Source: Candidatus Liptonbacteria bacterium
GTDB taxonomy: Bacteria; Patescibacteriota; Minisyncoccia; UBA6257; 2-01-FULL-56-20
NCBI GenBank assembly: GCA_016204335.1
Contig: JACQKU010000004.1
Span: 1-51,137 of the forward strand
DNA: 51,137 bases
Direction: 5' to 3'
Part shown: positions 26,258 to 34,328 of the stretch, one piece after another
How the letters are laid out: each line of letters opens with the position of its first letter
Numbering within the stretch: position 1 is the stretch's first letter
Notes under the pieces: model-generated
Databases searched by the model: none
The model's input: the letters and a program-made list of their open reading frames with translations, nothing else
What the model was told of the DNA's origin: nothing
Program-made: the position numbers and the translations under genes

Positions 26258-27906
26258 TTTATGCCTTTTCTGGCAACAGCCGCCTTGACGAATTCCACGA
26301 ACAACGGATGTGGGCGGAACGGCCGCGATTTCAATTCCGGATGGAACTGGGTGCCGAGGAAAAACGGATGGACGCTCCGCGAGAGTTCCATTATTTCCAT
26401 AAGGCGCCGGTCCGGAGAAATGCCGGAAAACGCCATACCCTTCTTTTCGAGGCGTTCGGTGTATTTCGGATTTACTTCGTATCGGTGCCTGTGCCGCTCG
26501 GAAATACGGCTCGTGCCGTACGCTTTTTCCGCGACAGTGTCTTTTTTGAGCATCGCCGGATACGCGCCGAGCCGCATCGTGGCGCCGTAATTTTTCTCCG
26601 CCATATTCTTTTTCTGCTCCGGCATAATGTCGATGACCGGGTCCGGAGTTTTCGGATTGATTTCGGTTGTGTTCGCTTTTTTCAGGCCCAGGACGTCTCT
26701 CGCGAATTCGACGACTGCCAACTGCATGCCGTAGCACAATCCGAAATACGGAATTTTCTTTTCTCGGCAAAAGCGGATGGCGGCGATTTTCCCCTCAACC
26801 CCGCGGCTGCCGAATCCTCCCGGAACTATGATACCGTCATATTTTGAAAGTTCCTGAAGTTTTTTGGGATTTTTTTCATATTCTTCCGCATCAAGCCATT
26901 CTATCGCCGGCTTCCGCTTGAACACGTATGCCGCGTGCTTGATGGCTTCAAGCACCGAAATATACGAGTCCACGAGCACGAAATCCCCGGTGCCGAAGTA
27001 CTTGCCGACGATTCCGATGCGGACTGTCTCTTTGCTCCGCTTTATTGTTTCAGAAAGTTTCCGCCAGTCGCGGAGGTCGCGCACTCCCGGTTTCAATCCT
27101 AGTTTTCCCAAAATCCTTTCTCCAAGCGCGTCCTTTTCGAAGTTGATGGGAACCTCGTAGATGCTCTCGACGTTGGGCGCGGAAATAATGTCGCGCTCGT
27201 TCACGCTGCAGTTAAGCGAAATGGTCTGTTTTCTTTTCTGGTCAATCGCGACGTTCGCCCGCGCTATGACGATATCGGGCTGGAGGCCGGCGGAGTTCAA
27301 CGAGCGCACCGCGTATTGTGTCGGTTTGGATTTCAGTTCGGTTCCGCCGGCTGCCATCGCCGGAAGAAAACTGACGAGGATAAGAAGCGCGTCTCCCGGC
27401 TTTTTTATTTTCAGCATGCGCACCGCCTCGAGAAAAAGAATGTTCTGGTACTCTCCGACTGTTCCGCCGATTTCGGTGATGACTATGTCCGCCTTCGCTT
27501 TCCATGCGGCGCGCTCGATGCGGCTGATAACCTCGAGGGGAATGTGCGGCACGACTTCCACCTGTCTTCCTTTATATTCCAAATTTCTTTCTCTTTGAAT
27601 CACCGAAAGATACACGCTTCCGGTCGTCATATAGTTCGCGCCCGTGAGGTCGCGGTCCAGAAACCGTTCGTAATTGCCCATATCCTGGTCGCACTCGGTG
27701 CCGTCGTCCAAAACGAACACCTCGCCGTGCTCGGTCGGATTCATAGTGCCGGCGTCCACGTTCACGTAAGGGTCGATTTTTACCGCCGTGGTCTCAAATC
27801 CGCGCGACTGGAGAATTTTTCCGATGGAAGCCGATGCGACGCCCTTGCCCACGCCCGACATCACGCCACCTACAACGAAAATATATTTTGGACTCGCTTT
27901 TGACAT
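26254..27906 (-). CDS. pyrG: CTP synthase
   Basis: GGVMSGVGKG, KIDPY, HGEVFV, GLCYGMQ, RHRHRYE, QFHPE. Confidence 0.97.
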   Translation of the reverse strand: MSKASPKYIFVVGGVMSGVGKGVASASIGKILQSRGFETTAVKIDPYVNVDAGTMNPTEHGEVFVLDDGTECDQDMGNYERFLDRDLTGANYMTTGSVYLSVIQRERNLEYKGRQVEVVPHIPLEVISRIERAAWKAKADIVITEIGGTVGEYQNILFLEAVRMLKIKKPGDALLILVSFLPAMAAGGTELKSKPTQYAVRSLNSAGLQPDIVIARANVAIDQKRKQTISLNCSVNERDIISAPNVESIYEVPINFEKDALGERILGKLGLKPGVRDLRDWRKLSETIKRSKETVRIGIVGKYFGTGDFVLVDSYISVLEAIKHAAYVFKRKPAIEWLDAEEYEKNPKKLQELSKYDGIIVPGGFGSRGVEGKIAAIRFCREKKIPYFGLCYGMQLAVVEFARDVLGLKKANTTEINPKTPDPVIDIMPEQKKNMAEKNYGATMRLGAYPAMLKKDTVAEKAYGTSRISERHRHRYEVNPKYTERLEKKGMAFSGISPDRRLMEIMELSRSVHPFFLGTQFHPELKSRPFRPHPLFVEFVKAAVARKGIK

Positions 27907-28052
27907 TACAATAAATATTTTTCGCTTTTATCGCCTATTCCTTTGTATCTCAAAACGGGAACTTATTCAACCCCGCCTTTTTCCGTAAAAGGCGCGGGGT
28001 CAAGTACCGCCGTTTTACGCCTCCCGTCGCGCTTATGCATATGTGCGAGGTT

Positions 28053-29252
28053 TTACTGCGCCGGGGCTTCTCTCTGCGGCACCAGTTTCGGGTCTGTCGG
28101 CAGAGTGAAATAAATAACGGTGCCCCGATTCAGTTCCGATTCCGCCCAAATTTCTCCTCCGTGCGCCTGAACGATGTTTTTTGCTATGTAAAGACCCAAG
28201 CCCGTACCCTCGGTCTGGAATTTAACGGCGTTCTCGGCGCGGAAAAATTTCGTGAAAAGTTTTTCGAGCGCCTCGGACGCAACACCGATACCGGTGTCTT
28301 TCACGCTTACTTTCAAAAACGGCTTGTCCGCAACGGGCTCGACTTTCACGATTACCTCGCCGTCTTTCATATTGTAGCGAATCGCGTTTTCCAAAAGATT
28401 GACGACCGCGAGCGAGAGTTTTGGGGCGTCAATGTTCACCATGGGAAGTTGCGCCTGTGGCGGGTCGAAATAGAGCCGGACGCCGGCGCGGCTGGCTTGA
28501 GACAGCGACTGGCTCAAAATCTGATTCAGGAAAACGGTAATGTCCGCCGGTTCGAAGCGATAGCCGAATTTCCCCTCCTCGATTTTGGAGATGTTCAAAA
28601 AATCTTCGACAATTTTCAACAAAATCCTGCTGGCGCTGAACGCGCCTTTGACGATTTCCTTGTTTGCCTCGCTGAGTTCTTTGTCGCCGTTTAGCGCCTC
28701 GAGCGCCCAGCTTATTTGCGTAATCGGGGTTTTCAACTGATGCGAGGCTATGGTTAAAAATTCCTCTTTTGATTTAAGAATGGCGGTTTCTCTGGTGCGG
28801 TCGCGGATAACTTTCAAGAATTTTGCCTGTCCGCTTTCGGCTGGACGGAGTGAGCCTTCGGCGAGACGAAGTCCGCTTTCGGCGCCGCCGAGAGGCGAAG
28901 TGGTCACCCGGAATTCAAGCGTCGGCTCCGTAAAAGAAATGTCGACGACTTGCGGCCATGTTCCGGCCGGAGAACGCGAAATCATCACGGGCGCGAGCGA
29001 AGGGAAAAGCGTCTGTACCAGAACGCGGAGTTCGGGTTTTTCCGCCTCCCGCGCCTGCAGGGATTTTCCGATTATCGAGTCGGCGCTCATCTTAAACAGC
29101 TTTTCCGCCGCAGGATTGAAAAAAAGTATCCGGAAATCCTGGTCGTAAACCACGATGCCGTCGTCAATGCTCCAAATGACGCGTTCGAGTTCGTTGGTTT
29201 CGACGCTCGGCGGTTGCTCGGGAATGTTCAAAAATTTCCTGAAAAAATCCAT
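28053..29252 (-). CDS. Cytoplasmic PAS-domain sensor histidine kinase
   Basis: PAS (FFNPAAEKLF), ASHQLKTP H-box, NLLENAIRY, DTGIG, GTGLGL. Confidence 0.92.
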   Translation of the reverse strand: MDFFRKFLNIPEQPPSVETNELERVIWSIDDGIVVYDQDFRILFFNPAAEKLFKMSADSIIGKSLQAREAEKPELRVLVQTLFPSLAPVMISRSPAGTWPQVVDISFTEPTLEFRVTTSPLGGAESGLRLAEGSLRPAESGQAKFLKVIRDRTRETAILKSKEEFLTIASHQLKTPITQISWALEALNGDKELSEANKEIVKGAFSASRILLKIVEDFLNISKIEEGKFGYRFEPADITVFLNQILSQSLSQASRAGVRLYFDPPQAQLPMVNIDAPKLSLAVVNLLENAIRYNMKDGEVIVKVEPVADKPFLKVSVKDTGIGVASEALEKLFTKFFRAENAVKFQTEGTGLGLYIAKNIVQAHGGEIWAESELNRGTVIYFTLPTDPKLVPQREAPAQ

Positions 29253-29278
29253 TGTGAAAAATCCTTTTGTGAATTATA

Positions 29279-29401
29279 CCAGGCAGTGAAAATTCGACCA
29301 CTCGAAACATAGATTGCCATCTTCCCGCTTCCCGCGAGAACGGAAGGATACCATCAAACTATGACAAAAACCACTGAAGAAGTCGAATTTCTACTGCCTG
29401 G
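29279..29401. repeat. CCAGGCAGT-family inverted-repeat element in the kinase promoter region
   Basis: CCAGGCAGTGAAAATTCGAC ... GTCGAATTTCTACTGCCTGG; TTATACCA repeated at 29274 and 29402. Confidence 0.82.
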
Positions 29402-29517
29402 TTATACCACATACTTCACCGCGGCTTTTTACATTTGGCAGCGAGTCCGCAAGGGAAACCCAGTTTCATTTGCGGCGAGCGAACCAAATGGAAAAATGTT
29501 ACGCTTCGTGACATTTT

Positions 29518-30432
29518 TCAGGAGAATATTTTGCCTTGTCGGCTTTGCTTTTTCGCATTCGCGCCGCTGCCGTTTTCGAGGCGTTTGAGAAATGTCCCGA
29601 ATCCGAGTTCCCTAAAATACTCTTTAAGCGCGTCCCTGTCTTCAATCCGCTTCAACTCCTCGATTCCCGAAATACCGACATCCAATTTCGTTTCAAGTTC
29701 CACCAGTTTTTTTGAAAGCTTTATTTCTGTTTCGGCTTTTTGGAATTTCTCTCTGACTTTTTCCGGCAGTTTGTCCAAGTTGTCAAACATTCCCTCGATT
29801 GTTCCGAATCGTTTAACGAGTTCGCCCGCGGTTTTTGGCCCGATGCCGGGCGCGCCTTTGATGTTATCCGACGTGTCGCCGACCAGCGCCTTGTAATCCG
29901 ACATCTCTTTCGGTTTGAGGCCGTAGCGCTCCAAAACTGCCTGTTCGTCATAGATTGTTGTTTCGCTGATTCCTTTCTTGAACGCGCGGACGACTATTTT
30001 TTTTCCGCGCACCATCTGAAGCGTATCGAGGTCGCCGGTCAAAATGACGACATTTGTGTCAGATTCGTCTCCGAATTTTTCCGCGAGCGTCGCGATTAAA
30101 TCATCCGCCTCGAATCCGGGTTTTTCGAAAACGCGGATGCCGAATTTCCGGAACAGCGTCTGCGCTTCGATAATCTGCGATATCAAACCGTCGGGAGTCG
30201 GCGGGCGCTGGGCTTTATACTCCGAATATTCTTTCTTGCGGAATGTCGGCTCCGGCCTGTCGAAACAAGCGGCTACGTACTCGGGATTTTCCTCGCGGGT
30301 TATTTTCAAAAGGATGTTCGTCAGGCCGTAAATCGCCTGTATCGGCCTGCCGTCGGCAGAGGTAAGCGGGGGCATCGCGTGAAAACAGCGGTGGATTATC
30401 GAATTAGCGTCGATGAGAAGAAGGGTTTTCAT
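29518..30432 (-). CDS. Stand-alone 5'-3' exonuclease (Pol I N-terminal domain)
   Basis: LLIDANS, FEADDLI, TGDLDTLQ, GDTSDNIKGAPGIGPKTA; no polymerase domain. Confidence 0.9.
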   Translation of the reverse strand: MKTLLLIDANSIIHRCFHAMPPLTSADGRPIQAIYGLTNILLKITREENPEYVAACFDRPEPTFRKKEYSEYKAQRPPTPDGLISQIIEAQTLFRKFGIRVFEKPGFEADDLIATLAEKFGDESDTNVVILTGDLDTLQMVRGKKIVVRAFKKGISETTIYDEQAVLERYGLKPKEMSDYKALVGDTSDNIKGAPGIGPKTAGELVKRFGTIEGMFDNLDKLPEKVREKFQKAETEIKLSKKLVELETKLDVGISGIEELKRIEDRDALKEYFRELGFGTFLKRLENGSGANAKKQSRQGKIFS

Positions 30433-30444
30433 AACAAAACGATA

Positions 30445-31056
30445 TTAAAAGGATAATTTTTTTACTATCCTTTGGCACGAATGAGAGGGTCCAAGTTCAC
30501 ATACGTAGAGATACCTGGGCTTGAATCTAAATAACTTAGCTTTTCTGATTTTTAGTTCTGGGGTTTTACCTTTGAAGCTCGTCAGTGTTACGTGGGGTCT
30601 GAAGTTAGAACCCATCGCTGGAGTTCCATATTTTTTAATAAAGCGAACTCTTGCCTTTCGCGTCTTTTGGGGAAGATAGCTTAAGCTCCAAAAGTCTTCG
30701 GTGCCATAATCCCGGTCATAGTACTTAAGCGTATTTTTAATGATTGTTATGTGTAGCGTTTTGATCCATTTCGGCTTGTCGAACATTAAAAGAGTTGGTT
30801 CGATTATCGTGGTTTGAAGATTGCCGGGTTTAAACTCTTTGATTGTTCGCTTAACTTCAGAAACGAATGAGTCGAAATTTTTCGGTTTTACTGCGATGTG
30901 ATAAAGGGATATATGTGGAATAAATGAATTTTCCCCCAATGTCCACTCCGTTCCGTATATGGAAAATTCTTTACTTAATTTCCGAGCATAATCGGATACT
31001 TCTTTCGGAGGAAGAATTACAATATCGAAATAGTTTTTCCAGACCTGCTTTTTCAT
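30445..31056 (-). CDS. 2H phosphoesterase (LigT-like), AT-rich
   Basis: Two Hx[S/T] motifs: PHISL and PHVTL. Confidence 0.7.
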   Translation of the reverse strand: MKKQVWKNYFDIVILPPKEVSDYARKLSKEFSIYGTEWTLGENSFIPHISLYHIAVKPKNFDSFVSEVKRTIKEFKPGNLQTTIIEPTLLMFDKPKWIKTLHITIIKNTLKYYDRDYGTEDFWSLSYLPQKTRKARVRFIKKYGTPAMGSNFRPHVTLTSFKGKTPELKIRKAKLFRFKPRYLYVCELGPSHSCQRIVKKLSF

Positions 31057-31072
31057 GGGTTAATTTTGATAC

Positions 31073-31534
31073 TTATTTGCATATTGGTATCGATGTTCTT
31101 AAAGTTCTCTGATTTTCTTTTTTGCCGTGCGTAAAGTTTACCCAAATTGCGTTCCGTGGCAATACCCGCTTCAGTTTATCCGCCCATTCTATCAAGATAA
31201 CATTTTCGGGGCCGCGCAACGCCTCGCGCAATCCAAGCTCCAGAAGCTCTTTTGGTTTTCGAAGCCGGTACGCGTCGATATGAAACAAACTTTTAAATTT
31301 CCCGTTCTTGAGTTCCAAGCGCCTCATAATGATAAATGTCGGGCTCAGCGCGCGCTTCCCGATGCCGATACCACGAAAAAACCCTTGTATAAACGTGGTT
31401 TTTCCGCTACCGAGCCCGCCGGAAAGACCGACAACCACCGCTTGCTTTTGCGTCCCGCGCGCCAAAATCTTTTTCGCGAGACGCTCTCCGAGTTTTTTAG
31501 TCTCTGCCGAAGAACAGGTTTGATAAGTAATCAT
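31073..31534 (-). CDS. tsaE: tRNA threonylcarbamoyladenosine biosynthesis ATPase TsaE
   Basis: GGLGSGKTT, SPTF, HIDAYRL, IEWAD; start reassigned to MITYQ. Confidence 0.93.
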   Translation of the reverse strand: MITYQTCSSAETKKLGERLAKKILARGTQKQAVVVGLSGGLGSGKTTFIQGFFRGIGIGKRALSPTFIIMRRLELKNGKFKSLFHIDAYRLRKPKELLELGLREALRGPENVILIEWADKLKRVLPRNAIWVNFTHGKKENQRTLRTSIPICK

Positions 31535-32069
31535 TTCTTTTAAAAAGAACGATTGTGAAAAAAGCGAGGAGGAGCGCAAGGCCAATGGTAAGCCCAGCGA
31601 TGTCAAAATATTTAACGGGGTTATTGAGTGGCTGGCCGGCGGGGTAAGCGTTATTAATCAAAAAATTTCCGTTATCGACGGCTTTGTTAACCTGCCCCGG
31701 AGTCGGCTCTGCGAAAATGAAATCATTCTTGCCAAGCCCTCCTTCGCTAAAACTTCGGCGGGCAAAGCTTTTCCCGTCCGGCGCGCTGCCTAAAAATCCC
31801 GACTGGTCGACCAATCTTCCGGCATTGTCGTAAAGAAAAATTGTTTCGCTGTTATTGCGGAGCGTAAGTTTGGTTTCGTTTCTTTTGAGAACCAAATACG
31901 CGCCGGCATCGACGCTATGATTTTTAAGAAAGACCTTTTTGCCGTTTCCGTTTTTCAGAAACCATCCATTCAGTGAAACCGGCGATTGGCCGCCGTTGAA
32001 AAGCTCCACCCACTCGCCAGCCGCGTCGGCCCCCGCCGGATTCGGGAGCCATTCGTTAATTAAAATCAT
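31497..32069 (-). CDS. Lamin tail domain protein with C-terminal TM anchor
   Basis: INEWLPNP, EWVELFN, VSLNGW, PTPG; C-terminal hydrophobic helix. Confidence 0.8.
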   Translation of the reverse strand: MILINEWLPNPAGADAAGEWVELFNGGQSPVSLNGWFLKNGNGKKVFLKNHSVDAGAYLVLKRNETKLTLRNNSETIFLYDNAGRLVDQSGFLGSAPDGKSFARRSFSEGGLGKNDFIFAEPTPGQVNKAVDNGNFLINNAYPAGQPLNNPVKYFDIAGLTIGLALLLAFFTIVLFKRNDYLSNLFFGRD

Positions 32070-32115
32070 TTAATTCTTGAACTATGACTTAAATAAATAT
32101 AATCAAACGCTCTCT

Positions 32116-32149
32116 CTTCTGCTGTTATGATATGTCATAACAGCAGAAG
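32116..32149. promoter_or_regulatory. 34-bp palindrome containing TGTTATGA-N4-TCATAACA (operator and/or terminator)
   Basis: CTTCTGCTGTTATGA-TATG-TCATAACAGCAGAAG. Confidence 0.65.
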
Positions 32150-32154
32150 GGGAT

Positions 32155-32598
32155 TCAATGCCAACTGGGAATACGGAGTGTTCCGTACTTTGTACGGACA
32201 AGTCTGCCCGTATGTTTCGTTTTTGCGTTTGCCGGGTCAGCGCTATATTTCTTTTTTTTCCGCTCTTTTTTGCTTCGTTCAGAGTAACTTCGGTAATTAT
32301 TTTCAATAGTCGCCTTTTTTACGGCGTTTATGGTTTGGAGCGAGAGCGAAAGTTCCCTGCTTAATTGTCTTTGTCCTTTCCCGCGCGCAAGTCCTTCAAA
32401 AGCGGCGGCGCGCATTACCAAATTATTACGTTCGTGTAGAGTAAACAATCTCAAGAACAGCCCCTTTGAGGCCGATAGTTTTCGCCACGATGCCTCCTGC
32501 CATTCTCGACGCGAAGAGTACTCGCCAATCCCGGGAATCACCGCCGAGGGCCTGCTTCCCGTGTGTCTTTTCTCTGTACTTGTATGTTTTTCGCTCAT
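32155..32598 (-). CDS. TrpR-like (YerC/YecD-type) helix-turn-helix protein
   Basis: FTLHER..MR..LARGKGQRQLSRELSLSLQTINAVKK pattern. Confidence 0.6.
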   Translation of the reverse strand: MSEKHTSTEKRHTGSRPSAVIPGIGEYSSRREWQEASWRKLSASKGLFLRLFTLHERNNLVMRAAAFEGLARGKGQRQLSRELSLSLQTINAVKKATIENNYRSYSERSKKERKKKKYSADPANAKTKHTGRLVRTKYGTLRIPSWH

Positions 32599-32613
32599 TG
32601 TGCGATTTTAACA

Positions 32614-32696
32614 TGTTATGCAGAAGCATAACAGCCGTGAAACTGCGGAGGGGTTGCGTTGCGGAACACACTACGGTGTTATGATACATCATAACA
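32614..32696. promoter_or_regulatory. Two operator-like palindromes TGTTATGM-N4-KCATAACA (32614-32633, 32677-32696)
   Basis: TGTTATGC-AGAA-GCATAACA and TGTTATGA-TACA-TCATAACA upstream of the TrpR-like gene. Confidence 0.7.
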
Positions 32697-32760
32697 GGCC
32701 GGCCTGCGCTTCGATTTCTCTATTCGCTTCGTTTCATTATATTATGTCGATTTGACCTGA

Positions 32761-32808
32761 TTAAATTACCGCTACCGGATTCGGAAGCCATTCGTTGATG
32801 AAAATCAT
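32761..32808 (-). pseudogene. Orphaned copy of the first ~11 codons of the lamin-tail gene (MIFINEWLPNPVAVI*)
   Basis: Matches MILINEWLPNP at 32069 with three nucleotide differences. Confidence 0.8.
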
Positions 32809-32892
32809 GTTAAATCGGCGAATGACGAACCGGTTGCAAATTTACGAATTCGCATATTCGCAATAAAATTCGCCATTCGTTGATGTATAGTC

Positions 32893-33897
32893 CTACAGCA
32901 ACTCCCCGCTCCGTTTAATCCCCAGATGCTCGTACGCCGCCGGCAGAGCCATTCTGCCGCCCGAAGTCCGCTTCAAAAACCCGAGTGTCATAAGATACGG
33001 CTCATAAATGTCTTCGATGACGCCGCGGTCTTCGTTAAGCGCGGCGGCGAGCGTTCCGACTCCAACAGGCCCGCCGGCGAACTTATTGATGATTGTCTCG
33101 AGAAGCCGCCTGTCCTGCGGTTCAAGCCCCCGTTCGTCAATGTCCAAAAGTTCAAGGGCTTTTTTCGCTATCTTTTCGTCAACCGAACCCTCGCCGTGCA
33201 CTTCCGCGTAGTCCCGAGCGCGTTTCAAAAGCCGATTCGCGACCCTCGGCGTCGCCCGCGAAGCCATGGCGAGAATTTCAACCGCTCCGCCGGTTGTCTT
33301 GATTTTCAAAATATCCGCGGAGCGTTTTAAAATCGCCTTGATATCTTCAGGGTTGTAATAATCGAGGCGTAATGTCGCGCCGAATCTAGAACGGAGCGGC
33401 TGGGACAAAAGATTCTCCCGCGTGGTCGCGGCAATCAGGGTAAACGGCGGCAAATCCAAAGTCAAACTCCGCGCGGCCGGCCCCTTGCCCACCATCAGAT
33501 GAAGTTTCCGGCTTTCCATCGCGGGATAGAGCACTTCCTCTATTAAACGATTGATGCGGTGCGCCTCGTCGATAAAAAGTATTTCGCCCGGTTCCATGTT
33601 TGTGAGAATGGCTGCCATATCGCCGAGTTTTTCCAGCGCCGGACCGGAAGTGGTTTTCACCGCCGCTCCCATTTCTTTCGCGACAAGATACGCGAGCGTT
33701 GTTTTGCCGAGTCCGGCTTGCCCGCAAAAAAGAAGATGGTCCATCGCTTCGTTCCGCCCCTGCGCCGCATCGATAATAATTCTCAAATTATTCTTGATTT
33801 TTTCCTGGCCGAAATACTCTTCCCATTTCGCCGGCCGAAGCGCCTGGTCAACGGTAATATCGTCGCTCGCCTGAGCAATATGATTTTTTGATTTCAT
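32893..33897 (-). CDS. ruvB: Holliday junction branch migration ATPase RuvB
   Basis: LRPAKWEEYFGQ, GQAGLGKTT, FIDEAHR, PLRSRFG, EPYL. Confidence 0.97.
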   Translation of the reverse strand: MKSKNHIAQASDDITVDQALRPAKWEEYFGQEKIKNNLRIIIDAAQGRNEAMDHLLFCGQAGLGKTTLAYLVAKEMGAAVKTTSGPALEKLGDMAAILTNMEPGEILFIDEAHRINRLIEEVLYPAMESRKLHLMVGKGPAARSLTLDLPPFTLIAATTRENLLSQPLRSRFGATLRLDYYNPEDIKAILKRSADILKIKTTGGAVEILAMASRATPRVANRLLKRARDYAEVHGEGSVDEKIAKKALELLDIDERGLEPQDRRLLETIINKFAGGPVGVGTLAAALNEDRGVIEDIYEPYLMTLGFLKRTSGGRMALPAAYEHLGIKRSGELL

Positions 33898-33961
33898 GGT
33901 TTTTAAAATTTTAGTGAAAATTTCCGTATCGGAGGGGCTCGCCCTGAGCCGCGTCGAAGGG

Positions 33962-33990
33962 TTGACAAAATAAAACGCTTATGCTAACAT
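33962..33990 (+). promoter_or_regulatory. Sigma70 promoter for the downstream structured RNA
   Basis: TTGACA-17-TAACAT with extended -10 TG. Confidence 0.7.
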
Positions 33991-33997
33991 ACTGCCC

Positions 33998-34172
33998 GAT
34001 TGAGAAGTCGCCTCAGACCTGGGGGCAAGAATTGTTTTTAGCTTAGGACGGCTTGGCTCCGGCGAAGCCCATCCTCGAAAGTAATTCTAACCTCTTTTAA
34101 GTTTCTTAAAAAGAGTCCTGGCTCCCGGCTTCCGGATAGCAGCCCCCAGATCTGAAGCGATTTCTGTTAAAT
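33998..34172 (+). ncRNA. Candidate ~175-nt structured non-coding RNA of unknown family
   Basis: 5' and 3' ends pair over ~25 bp and enclose three hairpins; starts ~8 nt after the -10 box; no ORF in the track. Confidence 0.55.
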
Positions 34173-34322
34173 CTCTAAACTCTAATCTCCAAATCCTAAA
34201 CAATATCTCCGCCAAAGGCGGATTAGCCTCGGGCTGAAAAATTCAAATCTCAAAAACGACTTTTACTTTTTGGTTTTGAGTTTTGAGATTATTTAGAGAT
34301 TGGGGTTTAGAGATTAGAGATT
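34169..34322. repeat. Inverted arms of degenerate heptamer repeats enclosing a CCGCCAAAGGCGG element
   Basis: AATCTCTAAACTCTAATCTCC... versus ...TTTAGAGATTAGAGATT. Confidence 0.65.
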
Positions 34323-34328
34323 CGCTTG

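Noticed and set aside
32601-32815. dif/Xer sites near the TrpR-like cassette
   Set aside because: Only partial ATGTTAAA matches; no full XerC-6 bp-XerD arrangement
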